Numbered from the stretch's first letter, positions 40,972 through 51,932 are shown. The stretch: DNA of 64,000 nt from an uncultured delta proteobacterium (GCA_963712115.1 CAVQGX010000043.1:73072-137071); one strand, 5' to 3'. Notes: generated by a model not told the origin, from the sequence alone. Numbers and translations: made by a program.

Positions 40972-41209
40972 CCCACATATGCCCGCGGCAACCTATTGTC
41001 ACAGCTTTTTATTTAATCCTAGGAAACCTGGCGCTCTGGGCCAGGTCAGATCGCATAGAGCATGGCGCATAGCGTAAAAAAGAGTAAATGGATATGGTGA
41101 ACAGTTGCGAAGCCAGCGCATGATCGGTTTACTGTTCACCAAACGCTTTGCGCTCTGCGCTTAGCGTCGCGGGGATGCCTAGGGACCGGTTTCTCTATTA
41201 AAGATATTT

Positions 41210-41959
41210 TTAATTTCTTACCATTATGTTTTCAACTTCGCTTACTAACTCGGTCACCATTTCACTGGCCTTACCCTGAAGAAAGATATCTGTTAGATAC
41301 TCGGTGAGTACGGTTGGTTCAACATTAACCTCAATGATAGTTGCCCCAGCCCTCTTGGCCGTTTCAGGAATGGTATTTGCGGGAGCCACCTCTCCCGAGG
41401 TGCCCACTATCAAAAGGGCTCTGCAGCTTGAGGCTAGTTCGTAGGACTCCTGCAGGGCCCTTATTGGGATTGGCTCTCCAAAGAACACCACATCTGGTTT
41501 GAGGATTTTGCCGCAGCTGCACTTAGGGGGTATTTGCCCTCCCAGTTCATCTGAGTCGTATCGTTGGTTACACCAAATACAGGCGAGGGTTTTGGCATTA
41601 CCGTGATATTCGATGACGCGGGTAGCACCACCTTCCTGGTGCAGGTAGTCTACGTTTTGGGTGATAATGGTGTGGAGCAATCCCAGCTCCTGAAGCCTGC
41701 CCAGACCCTTGTGTGCTGGGTTGGGACGAGCACTGGCGAGTAAATAAGAGACCTCTTGAAGCATCTGCCATACTTTTTCCGGATTAGCTTGAAACGCTCC
41801 AATGGTGCCGTACTCTATGGGGTTGAACCGCTCCCAAAGTCCACCGGCGCTGCGAAAGTCGGGAATCCCAGATTCAACTGAGATGCCCGCTCCGGTGAGA
41901 GCTATGGTCTTTGTGGATTGGCAAATTTCCCGGGCAGCCTTCTTGACTGTCTCCCCCAT
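41210..41959 (-). CDS. cobB: NAD-dependent protein deacylase (sirtuin)
   Basis: GAGISVESGIPDFR, TQNVD.LH, HG, Zn-binding Cys pairs, GTS. Confidence 0.92.
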   Translation of the reverse strand: MGETVKKAAREICQSTKTIALTGAGISVESGIPDFRSAGGLWERFNPIEYGTIGAFQANPEKVWQMLQEVSYLLASARPNPAHKGLGRLQELGLLHTIITQNVDYLHQEGGATRVIEYHGNAKTLACIWCNQRYDSDELGGQIPPKCSCGKILKPDVVFFGEPIPIRALQESYELASSCRALLIVGTSGEVAPANTIPETAKRAGATIIEVNVEPTVLTEYLTDIFLQGKASEMVTELVSEVENIMVRN

Positions 41960-42186
41960 TGGCTCCTCCAACTTGAGATCACAATAAACCAAGCAACCTA
42001 AGGAGCTTCAACCCAAAAGCTGGATGCGTGTTGTTAATGATCATTAGATGATTTAGGCTTGAGGTTATCTAATTAGGCAAGCCTGCAATCTTTTGCTTGC
42101 GAAATGTTCTAGGCTCCGGTAGGTTACCATGGATTCAAAGAAATCGGTTACACAACTTCTCTTCTGCTGGATTTTAGTTCAGCTGT

Positions 42187-43098
42187 TTGAAAGGAAGCAA
42201 GATTTTGCCGACCCAAATAGAGAATTGCTTGGCCTCTGCTCTTGTAGCCGCCAAAAAGGCTGGGGATGAAATACTCGAGGTCTATCACGGTGAAATTGAC
42301 GTCACATATAAAGAAGATAATTCACCTTTGACCCTGGCTGACGAAAGGGCTCATCGAACTATCCTCAAAATCCTGTCCTCATTTTCCAAGAATGATATCC
42401 CCATTCTTAGTGAAGAAGGCAAAGACATTCCCTATGAACAAAGGGCGGAGTGGAAATATTTCTGGCTCGTAGATCCTTTGGATGGCACTAAGGAATTTGT
42501 AAAACGACGGGACGAATTCACTGTAAATATAGCCCTGATTGAGAAAAACAGACCAGTGGTGGGAGTTGTCTTCCTCCCGGCCGTAGGCTCCTTGTATTTC
42601 GCTGCGGAGGGGCTGGGTTCCTATAAGTTGGAAAAGGTCGAAACAGTTGGCCACCTCCTGGATGAGGCAGGGAATTCTTCGGAAAAGGCCTTAGATTTGG
42701 GGGTTGTGGTGCAAGGGGCGCTAAGATTACCAAGCCGTCAGGCAGTTGGGAGACCCTCAAACCAGATTAATCTAGTTGGCAGTCGATCCCATGGCACAGA
42801 AGCTTTGTCTGATTTCGTCGAGAAGATGCAAGAGAATTACGACAAGGTGGAATTCGTTCCAGCTGGCAGTGCCCTCAAGTTTTGTCTTGTGGCAGAAGGC
42901 AAGGCAGATCTGTACCCGAGATTCGGGCCTACTATGGAGTGGGACACGGCGGCCGGTCATTGCGTGGTGGAACAGAGTGGTGGGGCAGTTGTGCGAATGA
43001 GTGAGAAAACCCCCCTTGCTTACAACAAAAAGGATCTGCATAATCCTCACTTCGTCTGTTTAGGAAAAAGCTTCAAAAACGTTAGCCTACCGCTCTAG
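42187..43098 (+). CDS. cysQ: 3'(2'),5'-bisphosphate nucleotidase
   Basis: SPLT.AD, SEEG, DPLDGTKEF, GSALK, YPRFGPTMEWDTAAG. Confidence 0.93.
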   Translation: MKGSKILPTQIENCLASALVAAKKAGDEILEVYHGEIDVTYKEDNSPLTLADERAHRTILKILSSFSKNDIPILSEEGKDIPYEQRAEWKYFWLVDPLDGTKEFVKRRDEFTVNIALIEKNRPVVGVVFLPAVGSLYFAAEGLGSYKLEKVETVGHLLDEAGNSSEKALDLGVVVQGALRLPSRQAVGRPSNQINLVGSRSHGTEALSDFVEKMQENYDKVEFVPAGSALKFCLVAEGKADLYPRFGPTMEWDTAAGHCVVEQSGGAVVRMSEKTPLAYNKKDLHNPHFVCLGKSFKNVSLPL

Positions 43099-43142
43099 CT
43101 CCTGATTATTGCCTATTATCGTTTTTAGGAGTAGATGAATCT

Positions 43143-43727
43143 ATGCGGCTGAACATGAGATTATTTTTGGCCTTGACCCTGGTAACTCTCATAGCGCTCA
43201 GCTGTGCAGGGAGTAAACAGGGAAAGAGCACGGGAGATCGACCAAAAAGTGGACCTGTCACCATACCGGACAACATCTCTGCCAGCTTGCTGCCTACCCT
43301 CGCGGTAGGCTTGGAATCCTGCTACGTATTCCTGCAGCCCGATGGAGACTCGTCTTTCTTTGGCCCTTTGATTGGAGGAGAACTAGTAAAAAGAGTTGAT
43401 GGTACAAGACTCTGGACCTTGATCTGGATCCCGAGGCTGAGGATTTCTGGTTGGGTGCGGGTAAATCAGCTCTATCGTGTCAAAGGAAAAACCTCAGACG
43501 AGGATACTGTGCCCACGCAATATCTCACCATCCTCAATATCTTAAAGTCAAGGGTAAACATCAGAAAAGGACCCTCTACCAAGAGCAGAATTATCTTCAA
43601 GGCTAAACAGCGTCAGGAGTTCGTAATGCTGGATGAGAGGAGGGGCTGGTACCAAGTGTGGCTACCCCCCCTAAAGCAAAAGGGCTGGGTAGCAGGGAAC
43701 ATAGCGGTGAAGCAGCGCAAAAAATAG
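43143..43727 (+). CDS. SH3-domain lipoprotein
   Basis: Lipobox ALSC; VNIRKGPST...GWYQV...GWV. Confidence 0.75.
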   Translation: MRLNMRLFLALTLVTLIALSCAGSKQGKSTGDRPKSGPVTIPDNISASLLPTLAVGLESCYVFLQPDGDSSFFGPLIGGELVKRVDGTRLWTLIWIPRLRISGWVRVNQLYRVKGKTSDEDTVPTQYLTILNILKSRVNIRKGPSTKSRIIFKAKQRQEFVMLDERRGWYQVWLPPLKQKGWVAGNIAVKQRKK

Positions 43728-43765
43728 ATAATATATTAGCCCGGATAATTCATGAATTATCCGGG

Positions 43766-44215
43766 CTAGGTAATCAGTGTTTCAGCAGTCTCGGCAGTTC
43801 TTTGGACAATTTCACTTGCTGTGGCCTTATCCCGTTTTACCATGCCTTCTCCCGCCTTGATCTTGATACGGGTTACGCTAGGAGTGATTCTTTTCAGTTC
43901 TATGACAATTTCTAAATCCTCTGCCTTGGCATAGATTTTTTCACCGTTCTCCACCTCTTTTACCTTCTCGACATCAATTACCATTTTGCATAAGGTCACT
44001 AGTAGGGCTTTTTTCACCCGATCATAGTCGTAACAAACAGTCTTAGAGGCAGGTTCTGACGCAAGGTAATCTGCGCCACCGACAACCCCAGATCCCAAAG
44101 TGCCTAAAGCTCCTACAGCCGCGGCACATCCGCTGAGGGTCAAAAGAAGAAAAAGGCCCATTATCAGGGGCCTAGCTGACTTGTTTTTGTCAATCTTCAT
44201 AGATAGTTTTTGCAT
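43766..44215 (-). CDS. Lipoprotein, DUF3568-like
   Basis: LSGC lipobox followed by Ala/Gly-rich stretch; T.IKI...D...A..I pattern. Confidence 0.65.
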   Translation of the reverse strand: MQKLSMKIDKNKSARPLIMGLFLLLTLSGCAAAVGALGTLGSGVVGGADYLASEPASKTVCYDYDRVKKALLVTLCKMVIDVEKVKEVENGEKIYAKAEDLEIVIELKRITPSVTRIKIKAGEGMVKRDKATASEIVQRTAETAETLIT

Positions 44216-44277
44216 CTGAAGGGCAAGTTGATCTTGTCCAGGTTGCAGCTCCCTGGGTAATCAGAGTGCAAAACAGC

Positions 44278-44928
44278 TTACCCTTCAAATATATTTTCTA
44301 ACCGTTCAAGGTCATTGACCACTCGCCAAGTACCACCGCCGGCCTCAACCCGATTTCTCCAGTCTTCGACCCTTTTATAGTAGTCCCGGGGGTCAACATT
44401 GTCGCTGCGCAGTTTTGTGACATTGAGGGCAACGACATTGCAACCGTCTACCTGTATGGGGAAGTTGCGGACATGGCCTTTGACCAGCTCTTCTTTGAGA
44501 TCAGAGAAGATAAGTATGTATTTCCGACCAGCTCCAGCTTCGTTCAAAAATTCCACTGACTGCAGTACCCCACCGGTAATATCCGTGTAAGCACTGCCTT
44601 TTGCAGTCTGGACGAAATCATCCACTTTCTGCTTGAAGAGGCGTTTCTGTTGGTTGGCTACCGATGGGCGCTTGTCAAAAGTCATCTTTGCTACTATGTC
44701 CTTTTCGCTGAAGCTACCACTGTCGATACGTGCCACCGCCAGGCTGTCTCCAGGTTGCAAAGTCCCTAAAAGGTAGTTGATGATCGCCTCAGCACGCTTG
44801 AGCTCCACCTTATAAGTACCAGAGGTGTCCAGCAGCATGTAGACTCCCCTGGAGTAACTTGTCGTGTCAGGACAGCCCCAAAGCAATGCTGAAAGAATTA
44901 TCACTAAGGCCAGATATTTCTTCATCAC
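44278..44928 (-). CDS. VWA-domain lipoprotein
   Basis: LWGC lipobox; MIDAS-like LLDTSGT, YTDI, IFSD. Confidence 0.8.
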   Translation of the reverse strand: MMKKYLALVIILSALLWGCPDTTSYSRGVYMLLDTSGTYKVELKRAEAIINYLLGTLQPGDSLAVARIDSGSFSEKDIVAKMTFDKRPSVANQQKRLFKQKVDDFVQTAKGSAYTDITGGVLQSVEFLNEAGAGRKYILIFSDLKEELVKGHVRNFPIQVDGCNVVALNVTKLRSDNVDPRDYYKRVEDWRNRVEAGGGTWRVVNDLERLENIFEG

Positions 44929-46355
44929 GATGCCTCCTCCTCGACGATAATCTCAGAATGATGCTGTCTCTTGTCCCTGATCAGATTTTCCACCCACAAC
45001 GGTGGAAAGATGAACAGGTCGTAGATATTAACCAGCAATTCACCCAAATAACGGCTGATATTTCCTAGCAGACGGAGGAAAAAGGAAAGCCACCTTAGGA
45101 CAGCTGTACCGGCAACGCCCAATACAGTACGTGTAGAATGAACAAAGGACTCAAGCGGTATGGCAACGAATGTGAGAGCAAAGGGCAAAACAAAGCCCAT
45201 TACCATCTGTCCAACTGTGGGAATCCAGCTGTTAACTGCAACACCGGTTGCCTCTACAGCAGCGAGTGATTGCCTCAAAGCCTGCATATCAGCGGCGATC
45301 TGGTCCCGCATGTAAGCCAAGGCCGATTCAACGCTGGCCAGGACAAGAAGAATGCTGAAAGTGATCCAAATCATGCGGGTACGCATCTTGTCATCCATTT
45401 GCCCTATGATGGGAAACAATCTGGTGATGCGGAGTGATTCCATCAAATAGAGGCCCATGGCGACCTCGACTAGAATAATGACCATAGCGGCAACGTTGGC
45501 GGTCTTGAAGTTGCCGATGTAACTACCGCCTCCCACCATCTCCGACATGGGAAGGGCAATAAGGTTAAAGTTAATTACCGCTCCCCCTACGGCGATAAGC
45601 AGAACAAAACCGGAGATAAAAAACTGGGTAAGTGACGAAGCAGTTAGCATCCGTGCCGACTTATCAGTCTTCTCCCGAATCTCTTCATACTCAGCCATGC
45701 GGTTGTCAATCACATTGGCTCGTTCGTGTAGACCGGTTATGGTCTTTCCTACCTGTTCCAGGGTCTGGGCCATCCGGCGCCAATACGGCATCATTTTCTT
45801 CAGTAGATTGTGACGCTCAGCCACAGATTTGCGGTACTCTTCCATGGTGTTCTTGTACTGACCAACGGAGGTCTTGTGTATTTCGTTTAAAATATTGACA
45901 ACCGTTCCATCACCCTGGGAGGGAAGTTTGGCAACTGCCTCCATAGCATTTATCCACCCAGGAGGAGGCGGTGGCGTCTCGGAACTATCCCTGTAATCCT
46001 CATCTATTTTAGTGGTTTGGTCCGACAGAGCGCGGTGCAGAGTAGGATAGCCACTAAGGTCTCGCTTTACCACGGAATTGACCCGGTGGAATTCCCGTTC
46101 GATCAAACGCTCTACTGATTCGATTCCGGCACTGAGCAATACTTCCTTGTTGCGCTGCACCAGCTTTTGCTCCGCCAACATAACGGACCGAGACATCAAG
46201 CGGAAACCGTTATGGAGAACCCGAGTCAGGGAGTGTATTGCCCTGTGTGCTGGTGTTCGCGCCAGATAGAGCAGAACCACCATCACCACGATCCATATAA
46301 GCATGGAGATGACTGGGGATCCAGGCCAAATTATGAGTAATTTCGTCAAGGACAT
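44925..46355 (-). CDS. Membrane protein (N-terminal TM, long coiled-coil, C-terminal TM bundle)
   Basis: Hydrophobicity pattern; GGAGGAGG SD; overlaps the VWA gene start. Confidence 0.78.
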   Translation of the reverse strand: MSLTKLLIIWPGSPVISMLIWIVVMVVLLYLARTPAHRAIHSLTRVLHNGFRLMSRSVMLAEQKLVQRNKEVLLSAGIESVERLIEREFHRVNSVVKRDLSGYPTLHRALSDQTTKIDEDYRDSSETPPPPPGWINAMEAVAKLPSQGDGTVVNILNEIHKTSVGQYKNTMEEYRKSVAERHNLLKKMMPYWRRMAQTLEQVGKTITGLHERANVIDNRMAEYEEIREKTDKSARMLTASSLTQFFISGFVLLIAVGGAVINFNLIALPMSEMVGGGSYIGNFKTANVAAMVIILVEVAMGLYLMESLRITRLFPIIGQMDDKMRTRMIWITFSILLVLASVESALAYMRDQIAADMQALRQSLAAVEATGVAVNSWIPTVGQMVMGFVLPFALTFVAIPLESFVHSTRTVLGVAGTAVLRWLSFFLRLLGNISRYLGELLVNIYDLFIFPPLWVENLIRDKRQHHSEIIVEEEAS

Positions 46356-46662
46356 TGGAACCTCCTCCTTTTTTACCGGCACTTTTGCCTTGGCAGCAGA
46401 CCCGTGGTTCTACCTCTGGTGGGGTAAAAATTACCAAGATTCAATAATGGGCCCGCTGAGGTGTTGTGTCTTTTTTTGTACTTTCCCATACACAATTCGA
46501 CTCAAGATTATTTAGTTTCAGCCAACCTCTGCCAACGCTGAATTCGTAGGATTTTGGCACCTTTAAATCATTTTTTCTGCACCCATCCGGGCAGCGAAAA
46601 TTGTTTCTAGCTCCTAGAGTTACTCCCCCTTGCCAACAAAAAAATTGTTAGGTGGAGAGTGC

Positions 46663-46678
46663 AGCAAGATCTGTACCA
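46663..46678 (-). promoter_or_regulatory. Putative sigma54 promoter
   Basis: TGGTAC-AGATC-TTGCT has exact -24/-12 spacing, upstream of the membrane/VWA genes. Confidence 0.6.
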
Positions 46679-46902
46679 TCTGTACCAAAGAGATTACGGA
46701 TTGCGGATTTTAGATTGTGGCCTGAAGTTTCTTGCTTTCCTAATCTGCAAGAAAGCTTTTCAATCTGTATTGTGCAATCTAAAATCAGCAATCGCTAAGA
46801 CTCCAGTCGCGCTGGCAGAGCGGTTATAATAAGTCGTTGAAATCCAGGCTGGATCTGTCCTATAAAAGGTGAATCTTTGCAGAACATGGGGAGGAATTAG
46901 GC

Positions 46903-48612
46903 ATGCCACAGAAAATTGTTGTCATCGGTGCTGTTGCCCTCGGACCAAAAGCTGCTTGTCGGTTCAAAAGGTTGGAGCCAGATTCCAAGGTGGTAATGGT
47001 GGACAAGGATGACATTATCTCTTATGGCGGTTGCGGTATTCCCTATTTTATTTCTGGTGACGTGAGTGATCCTAGTCAGCTCCAGGAAACGAGCTTCCAT
47101 ATGCTTCGGGATAAGACATTCTTTCAAGAAGCAAAAGACATCGAGGTTTTGACTAAAACAGAGGCTGTGAAAATTGATCGACAGGAGAAGCATGTCCTGA
47201 TCAAGAACCTCATCACTCAAGAAGAGAGCACCCTGCCCTACGACAAACTGGTGCTTGCCACCGGAAGCCGTCCCAGGCTATTGGATATACCGGGAACCGA
47301 TCTAGACGGGGTCTTCGCTGTGAGCAACATGAATGCGGCCATTGCCATCAAGGATAGAATTTCTTCCGGTCAGGTGGAGAAAGCGCTCATCATTGGTGGA
47401 GGGTTCATTGGTCTGGAGATGGCAGAGGCTTTGACTGATATGTGGGGGATAGAGACTACGGTAGTGGAAATAACCGACCAGCTTCTCCCTGGTTTAATCA
47501 GTCGCAACATGGCTCAGATTGTCAAACATCACATGGAGGAAAAGGAGGTCTCCTTTCTGCTTGAGCACAGGGTCGAGTGTCTGGAGGGCAATGGCAAAGT
47601 TGAACGGGCCGTAACCGCCGAGAAGACCATTGAAACGGATATGGTAATCTTGGCTGTGGGAGCTGAACCAAACTCTGATTTGGCCAGGGCAGCCGGGCTG
47701 GACATTTCACCTAAGGGAGCCATAGTGGTGAACAGTAGGATGCAAACTTCCGACCCGGACATATATGCTGGTGGAGACTGTGTAGAAGTTACCAATCTAA
47801 TAAGCGGCAAGCCGGGTTACTATCCCCTGGGCTCCATGGCTAATCGTCAGGGACGGATCATAGGAACTAATCTGGCCGGTGGAAATGCAGAATTTCCCGG
47901 TGCTGTGGGAAGTTTTGTAGTTAAAGTATTCGATCTGTCCGTTGCAGCCGCTGGTTTGAGTATCGAGGCGGCACAGCGGGAAGGTTTCGACGCAGCAAGT
48001 GCTCTGGTGATCCAGTTCGATCGAGCCCATTTTTACCCCGAGAAAGATTTAATGACCTTGGAGCTAGTAGTAGAAAAAGCTAGCGGAAGGGTTTTGGGGA
48101 TTCAGGGTGTGGGTCCAATGGGCGAGGGTACAGTCGGCCGAATAAATGCGGTGGCGTCAATTCTAAAATACAAACCCACAGCAGAAGATATCGGTAATTT
48201 GGAACTGGCCTATTCTCCTCCATTCTCGGCGGCAATGGATATTGTCAATGCCCTCGGGAATACTGCGGAGAACATTCTGGCAGGAAAGAACAGGGTTGTG
48301 GATGTAGACGAATTCGATGAACTCTGGAAGCAGAAAGAGAGCGGCGATGTGGTCTTTCTGGATTGCAGGGGTTGGGGCAATGCGGAGCCTTTTGTCAATA
48401 AATATCCCCACCACTGGAAGAGCCTTCCTCAGGACGAGCTAAGGGCCAGGATGGCGGAAGTGCCCCGTGATAAAAAGCTCGTGCTAATATGCAACACCGG
48501 TGTGCGTTCCTACGAGGCCCAGGTGATCCTTGACGAGATGGGCATAACGGATAGTTGTAACCTACAAGGGGGAGTGGCGTGCCTGAAGAAGTGGGGACTG
48601 GATCTCGCTTAA
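46903..48612 (+). CDS. CoA-disulfide/persulfide reductase with C-terminal rhodanese domain
   Basis: ISYGGCGIPY redox Cys, GGGFIGLE, YAGGD, AYSPPF, rhodanese ICNTGVRS. Confidence 0.88.
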   Translation: MPQKIVVIGAVALGPKAACRFKRLEPDSKVVMVDKDDIISYGGCGIPYFISGDVSDPSQLQETSFHMLRDKTFFQEAKDIEVLTKTEAVKIDRQEKHVLIKNLITQEESTLPYDKLVLATGSRPRLLDIPGTDLDGVFAVSNMNAAIAIKDRISSGQVEKALIIGGGFIGLEMAEALTDMWGIETTVVEITDQLLPGLISRNMAQIVKHHMEEKEVSFLLEHRVECLEGNGKVERAVTAEKTIETDMVILAVGAEPNSDLARAAGLDISPKGAIVVNSRMQTSDPDIYAGGDCVEVTNLISGKPGYYPLGSMANRQGRIIGTNLAGGNAEFPGAVGSFVVKVFDLSVAAAGLSIEAAQREGFDAASALVIQFDRAHFYPEKDLMTLELVVEKASGRVLGIQGVGPMGEGTVGRINAVASILKYKPTAEDIGNLELAYSPPFSAAMDIVNALGNTAENILAGKNRVVDVDEFDELWKQKESGDVVFLDCRGWGNAEPFVNKYPHHWKSLPQDELRARMAEVPRDKKLVLICNTGVRSYEAQVILDEMGITDSCNLQGGVACLKKWGLDLA

Positions 48613-48624
48613 AGCGAGATCGAA

Positions 48625-48822
48625 CGGGTAGCAGGCAGCTGGCAGCAGACAGGGGAGACTAAGCACTAGGCAGTGAACACTAAGCACCAAGTACAAGAAC
48701 GCATAGCTTGCAGTCAAATCCGAGACAGCTGAAATCTGGAGTGAGATATGAGATCTGAGATGTGGGATACTAAATCCGAAAATAGCGAACCTCATATCAC
48801 ATATCGCATATCCCACATCTGA
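48625..48822. repeat. Mosaic 7-mer-repeat intergenic element
   Basis: GGCAGCA, AAGCACT and GAGATAT/ATATCxC arrays, the last forming a hairpin. Confidence 0.7.
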
Positions 48823-48866
48823 TGCTCAGAATTGGCGATTTGTGAAAGGGAAAAATAATTGTTTGG

Positions 48867-49859
48867 TTGGCAGAAGGAGCATTCGCCATAAAGCGATTGC
48901 AGTCGGGAGGGATAATAACAAACTATTACTGCACGTCTGCCTGTGGCCACTGTCTCTATAATTGTAGTCCTCGCTGGAAAAGGGAATACATTGGCAGGGA
49001 AAAACTGCGGCAGATACTGCAAAAAGTCAAAAACCTGGGCTGCCACTCGGTTCACATTGGCGGCGGCGAGCCATTTCTGAACTTGGATGGCCTAGAAATG
49101 GTTGTGGAAGTGGCTCGCTCCATGTCGGTTAACCTTGAATACGTAGAGACCAACTCCTCTTGGTTCAGAGGAAGACAACCCGCGCTCGATGTTTTGTCTG
49201 CCCTGAAAGGGAAAGGCCTTTCCACCCTCCTCATATCCATGAGTCCATTCCACAACGAACACATACCTTTTTATAGAGTAAAGGGTGTTATTGAAGCGTG
49301 CAAAGAGGTCAAGATAAACGTCTTTCCCTGGATTTCAGAATTCTATCCGGAGATAGATTCATTTGACGACCAGATTACTCACGCCCTATCCGCCTATGAA
49401 AGTAGGTACGGTGAAAACTACCTGGCGAAAATCCCCTCACGTTACTGGGTCCATTTTGGCGGAAGAGCTCTCAAGACTTTTGCCAGGATCTATGGCACCA
49501 AGGACTATAGAGACATTGTCTCCGTGAACAAGGGGGGTTGCAGCGAACTGTTGGATGTGAGTCACTTTCACATTGACTTATTTGGCAATTATATTCCTGG
49601 ACTTTGCTCGGGCCTTGCTATTCGATACGAGGATCTCGGAGACAGGGTGGCCCGAGAAGAATATCCCTTCCTGACCACTCTTTACCACTATGGCATTAAG
49701 GGATTTTTGGATCTAGCAGCCAATGATTACGGTTTTAAGCCCTCACGAGAATACTTGTCCAAATGTGATCTCTGTTTTGACATCAGGCACTATCTCACCA
49801 TGGAAATGGGGGTTAATTCAAAAGAACTGCAACCCAGGGGTTATTACCAAAATTCTTAG
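48867..49859 (+). CDS. Radical SAM protein
   Basis: CTSACGHC, GGGEPF, ETN, C-terminal Cys cluster. Confidence 0.88.
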   Translation: MAEGAFAIKRLQSGGIITNYYCTSACGHCLYNCSPRWKREYIGREKLRQILQKVKNLGCHSVHIGGGEPFLNLDGLEMVVEVARSMSVNLEYVETNSSWFRGRQPALDVLSALKGKGLSTLLISMSPFHNEHIPFYRVKGVIEACKEVKINVFPWISEFYPEIDSFDDQITHALSAYESRYGENYLAKIPSRYWVHFGGRALKTFARIYGTKDYRDIVSVNKGGCSELLDVSHFHIDLFGNYIPGLCSGLAIRYEDLGDRVAREEYPFLTTLYHYGIKGFLDLAANDYGFKPSREYLSKCDLCFDIRHYLTMEMGVNSKELQPRGYYQNS

Positions 49860-50295
49860 ATAGACTTACGCAACCTGCCTCAGACTCCACTGTACAAAGG
49901 TTCAAAAAACCCATCAAACACATAACCTTCATACCCCCTCATGCCATTAAACCAACTTTCCAATATTGCCATGCTTTCTCCTGTCTCCTGAATTCTGACT
50001 CCTGACTTTTGTTTTTGGCTCTTTGACCAAGTTGATTTCCGGATTTGGCCAGATTTAGTCATTTGGCAAGATTCACCATGGGTGAGTGGTTGATATTAAA
50101 TATTTGATTTTATTAATTTAAGTGTATTTTTACAGTTCTTGGCATCTTTTCTGCCTATGTTAACAAGGCAGACTCCAAAACTCCTTTTCTTGCTCAACTC
50201 TTTATGGCCCTTGCCCCCATCAGAATCGGGCGCGATATCTGGCGGGGGCTTCCTTTTTCAATTTAATCAAAAATGGTCAGTACCCCAATCTACAA

Positions 50296-50548
50296 TCACT
50301 CCCCTTCTCCCCATGCCTTCCGACTGCGCTCTATCTTTTTCCGCACTGTGGCCCAGGTTTTGGTGGTAAGGAAGGACTCCGGCCAGCGGTTCACCATTCG
50401 TTTAAACATTTCAAAGGGAACGGTAAAGGTAATTTCGTCGGTCTTGAGAAATTTTCGATCAGACGAATCCCAGCCGCCTAGGACCGCCTTGAGCCTTCCT
50501 TGATCGAGATATCGCAGGGGCCAGGTGACGATATTGGAACAGCCGGCA
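50296..50548 (-). pseudogene. C-terminal fragment of a DUF169-like protein
   Basis: AGCSNIVTWP...AVLGGWD.S.RKF...DEITFTVP...ESFL resembles the DUF169 C-terminus; the N-terminal part is missing. Confidence 0.55.
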
Positions 50549-50862
50549 TCATTTCTAAAGGCCGCTAATTCCCCCTGAATCCCCCTCACGCAATTCAGGG
50601 TAGCGTGATATACTCCAGCGGGAAGATGGAATAAACTAAATTTGCCTCTGCCTCCCCAATTTGCCATTTCCTAGCTCAGATCGCAAGGTAACGGTACGAT
50701 GAATTAGAGAATTAGTTAAATAGTCAAGTGGTTAACGGTTTACCGCTCACCGCTTACTGCTCACTTTTTACCTTTCATCCTCTAGCCAGAACAACCTATA
50801 ACAAATTGACTAATTAACTAATCAACCAATTGACGCTATGCGCTTTACGCAAAGGAGAGACC

Positions 50863-51699
50863 ATGACCGATTTCACCGGCAAAGTGACTTTGATTACTGG
50901 TGGCGCCTGTGGTCTGGGGCGGCTGGTTGCTCAGAAGATGGCTGCAAAGGGAAGTCACGTCGTCCTCTGGGATATCGCCCATGAGAGTTTAGCTAATACA
51001 GCCAGAGAAATTTCTGCAGCTGGCTACAAGGTGACGACTTATCACTGCGATGTTTCTGACCGTGATATGGTCTATGGTCTTGGAGAAAAAGTGAAAAAAG
51101 ATGTTGGCAAAGTAGATATCATTATTAATAACGCCGCGGTTGTCTCTGGAAGACCTTTCCTGGAGTGCAGTGACGAACAAATAGAACGAACTATGAGGGT
51201 CAATGTGCTGGCCCACTTTTGGACGGTGAAGGCTTTCCTTCCGGATATGGTCCAGACAAATAGCGGACACATCGTCACAGTCGCTTCCGCTGGAGGTATT
51301 GTGGGCAGCTCAGGATTGGTTGATTATGCTGCCAGCAAATTTGCCGCTTTCGGCTTCGATGAAGCCTTGCGAGCTGAGTTGAAAAAGCAGAAACTGAAAA
51401 TCCACACCACCGTGGTCTGTCCATATTATATAAGGGGCGAGATGTTTGCAGGGGTTAAGACACGATTTTCGTTTTTATTGCCTATTTTGGATGCTGAGAA
51501 GGTGAGCGAGCGGATAGTCAAAGCCATTGCCCGGAAAAAACAACGGGTGATTATGCCTCCGCTGGTCTATGCTACCTGGCCCCTTAGGCTGCTCCCGGTG
51601 TCCATATTTGATAAGGTGGCTGACTTTTTGGGGATCAACGACGCTATGGATGAGTTTCGGGGCCAGCGGCCCGAAGAAGCACTAGGCACTAGGGACTGA
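50863..51699 (+). CDS. Classical SDR oxidoreductase
   Basis: TGGACGLG, NNA, YAASK; AAGGAG SD. Confidence 0.9.
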   Translation: MTDFTGKVTLITGGACGLGRLVAQKMAAKGSHVVLWDIAHESLANTAREISAAGYKVTTYHCDVSDRDMVYGLGEKVKKDVGKVDIIINNAAVVSGRPFLECSDEQIERTMRVNVLAHFWTVKAFLPDMVQTNSGHIVTVASAGGIVGSSGLVDYAASKFAAFGFDEALRAELKKQKLKIHTTVVCPYYIRGEMFAGVKTRFSFLLPILDAEKVSERIVKAIARKKQRVIMPPLVYATWPLRLLPVSIFDKVADFLGINDAMDEFRGQRPEEALGTRD

Positions 51700-51815
51700 G
51701 CACTAGCCACAGGTGGAGGACGCGGGGATGGGGAGAAACGGCGAGACGTGGGTTAGAGGTCAGAGGTCAGATCACAGACGAGAGCAGGCAGATTGCAGCT
51801 GGCAGCGGACAGCGC

Positions 51816-51932
51816 GCAGAACTCAGAGGTCAGAGATCGGATGTCGGAGGTCAGGGGTAAAGCTGATCTCTGATCTCCGACTTCTGACCTCTATGATGGA
51901 CGACTTCAACGATTTTGACCATTTAACTAATT
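51816..51932 (+). repeat. 117-bp element, identical to the inverted copy at 58717-58833
   Basis: Direct base-by-base comparison. Confidence 0.92.
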
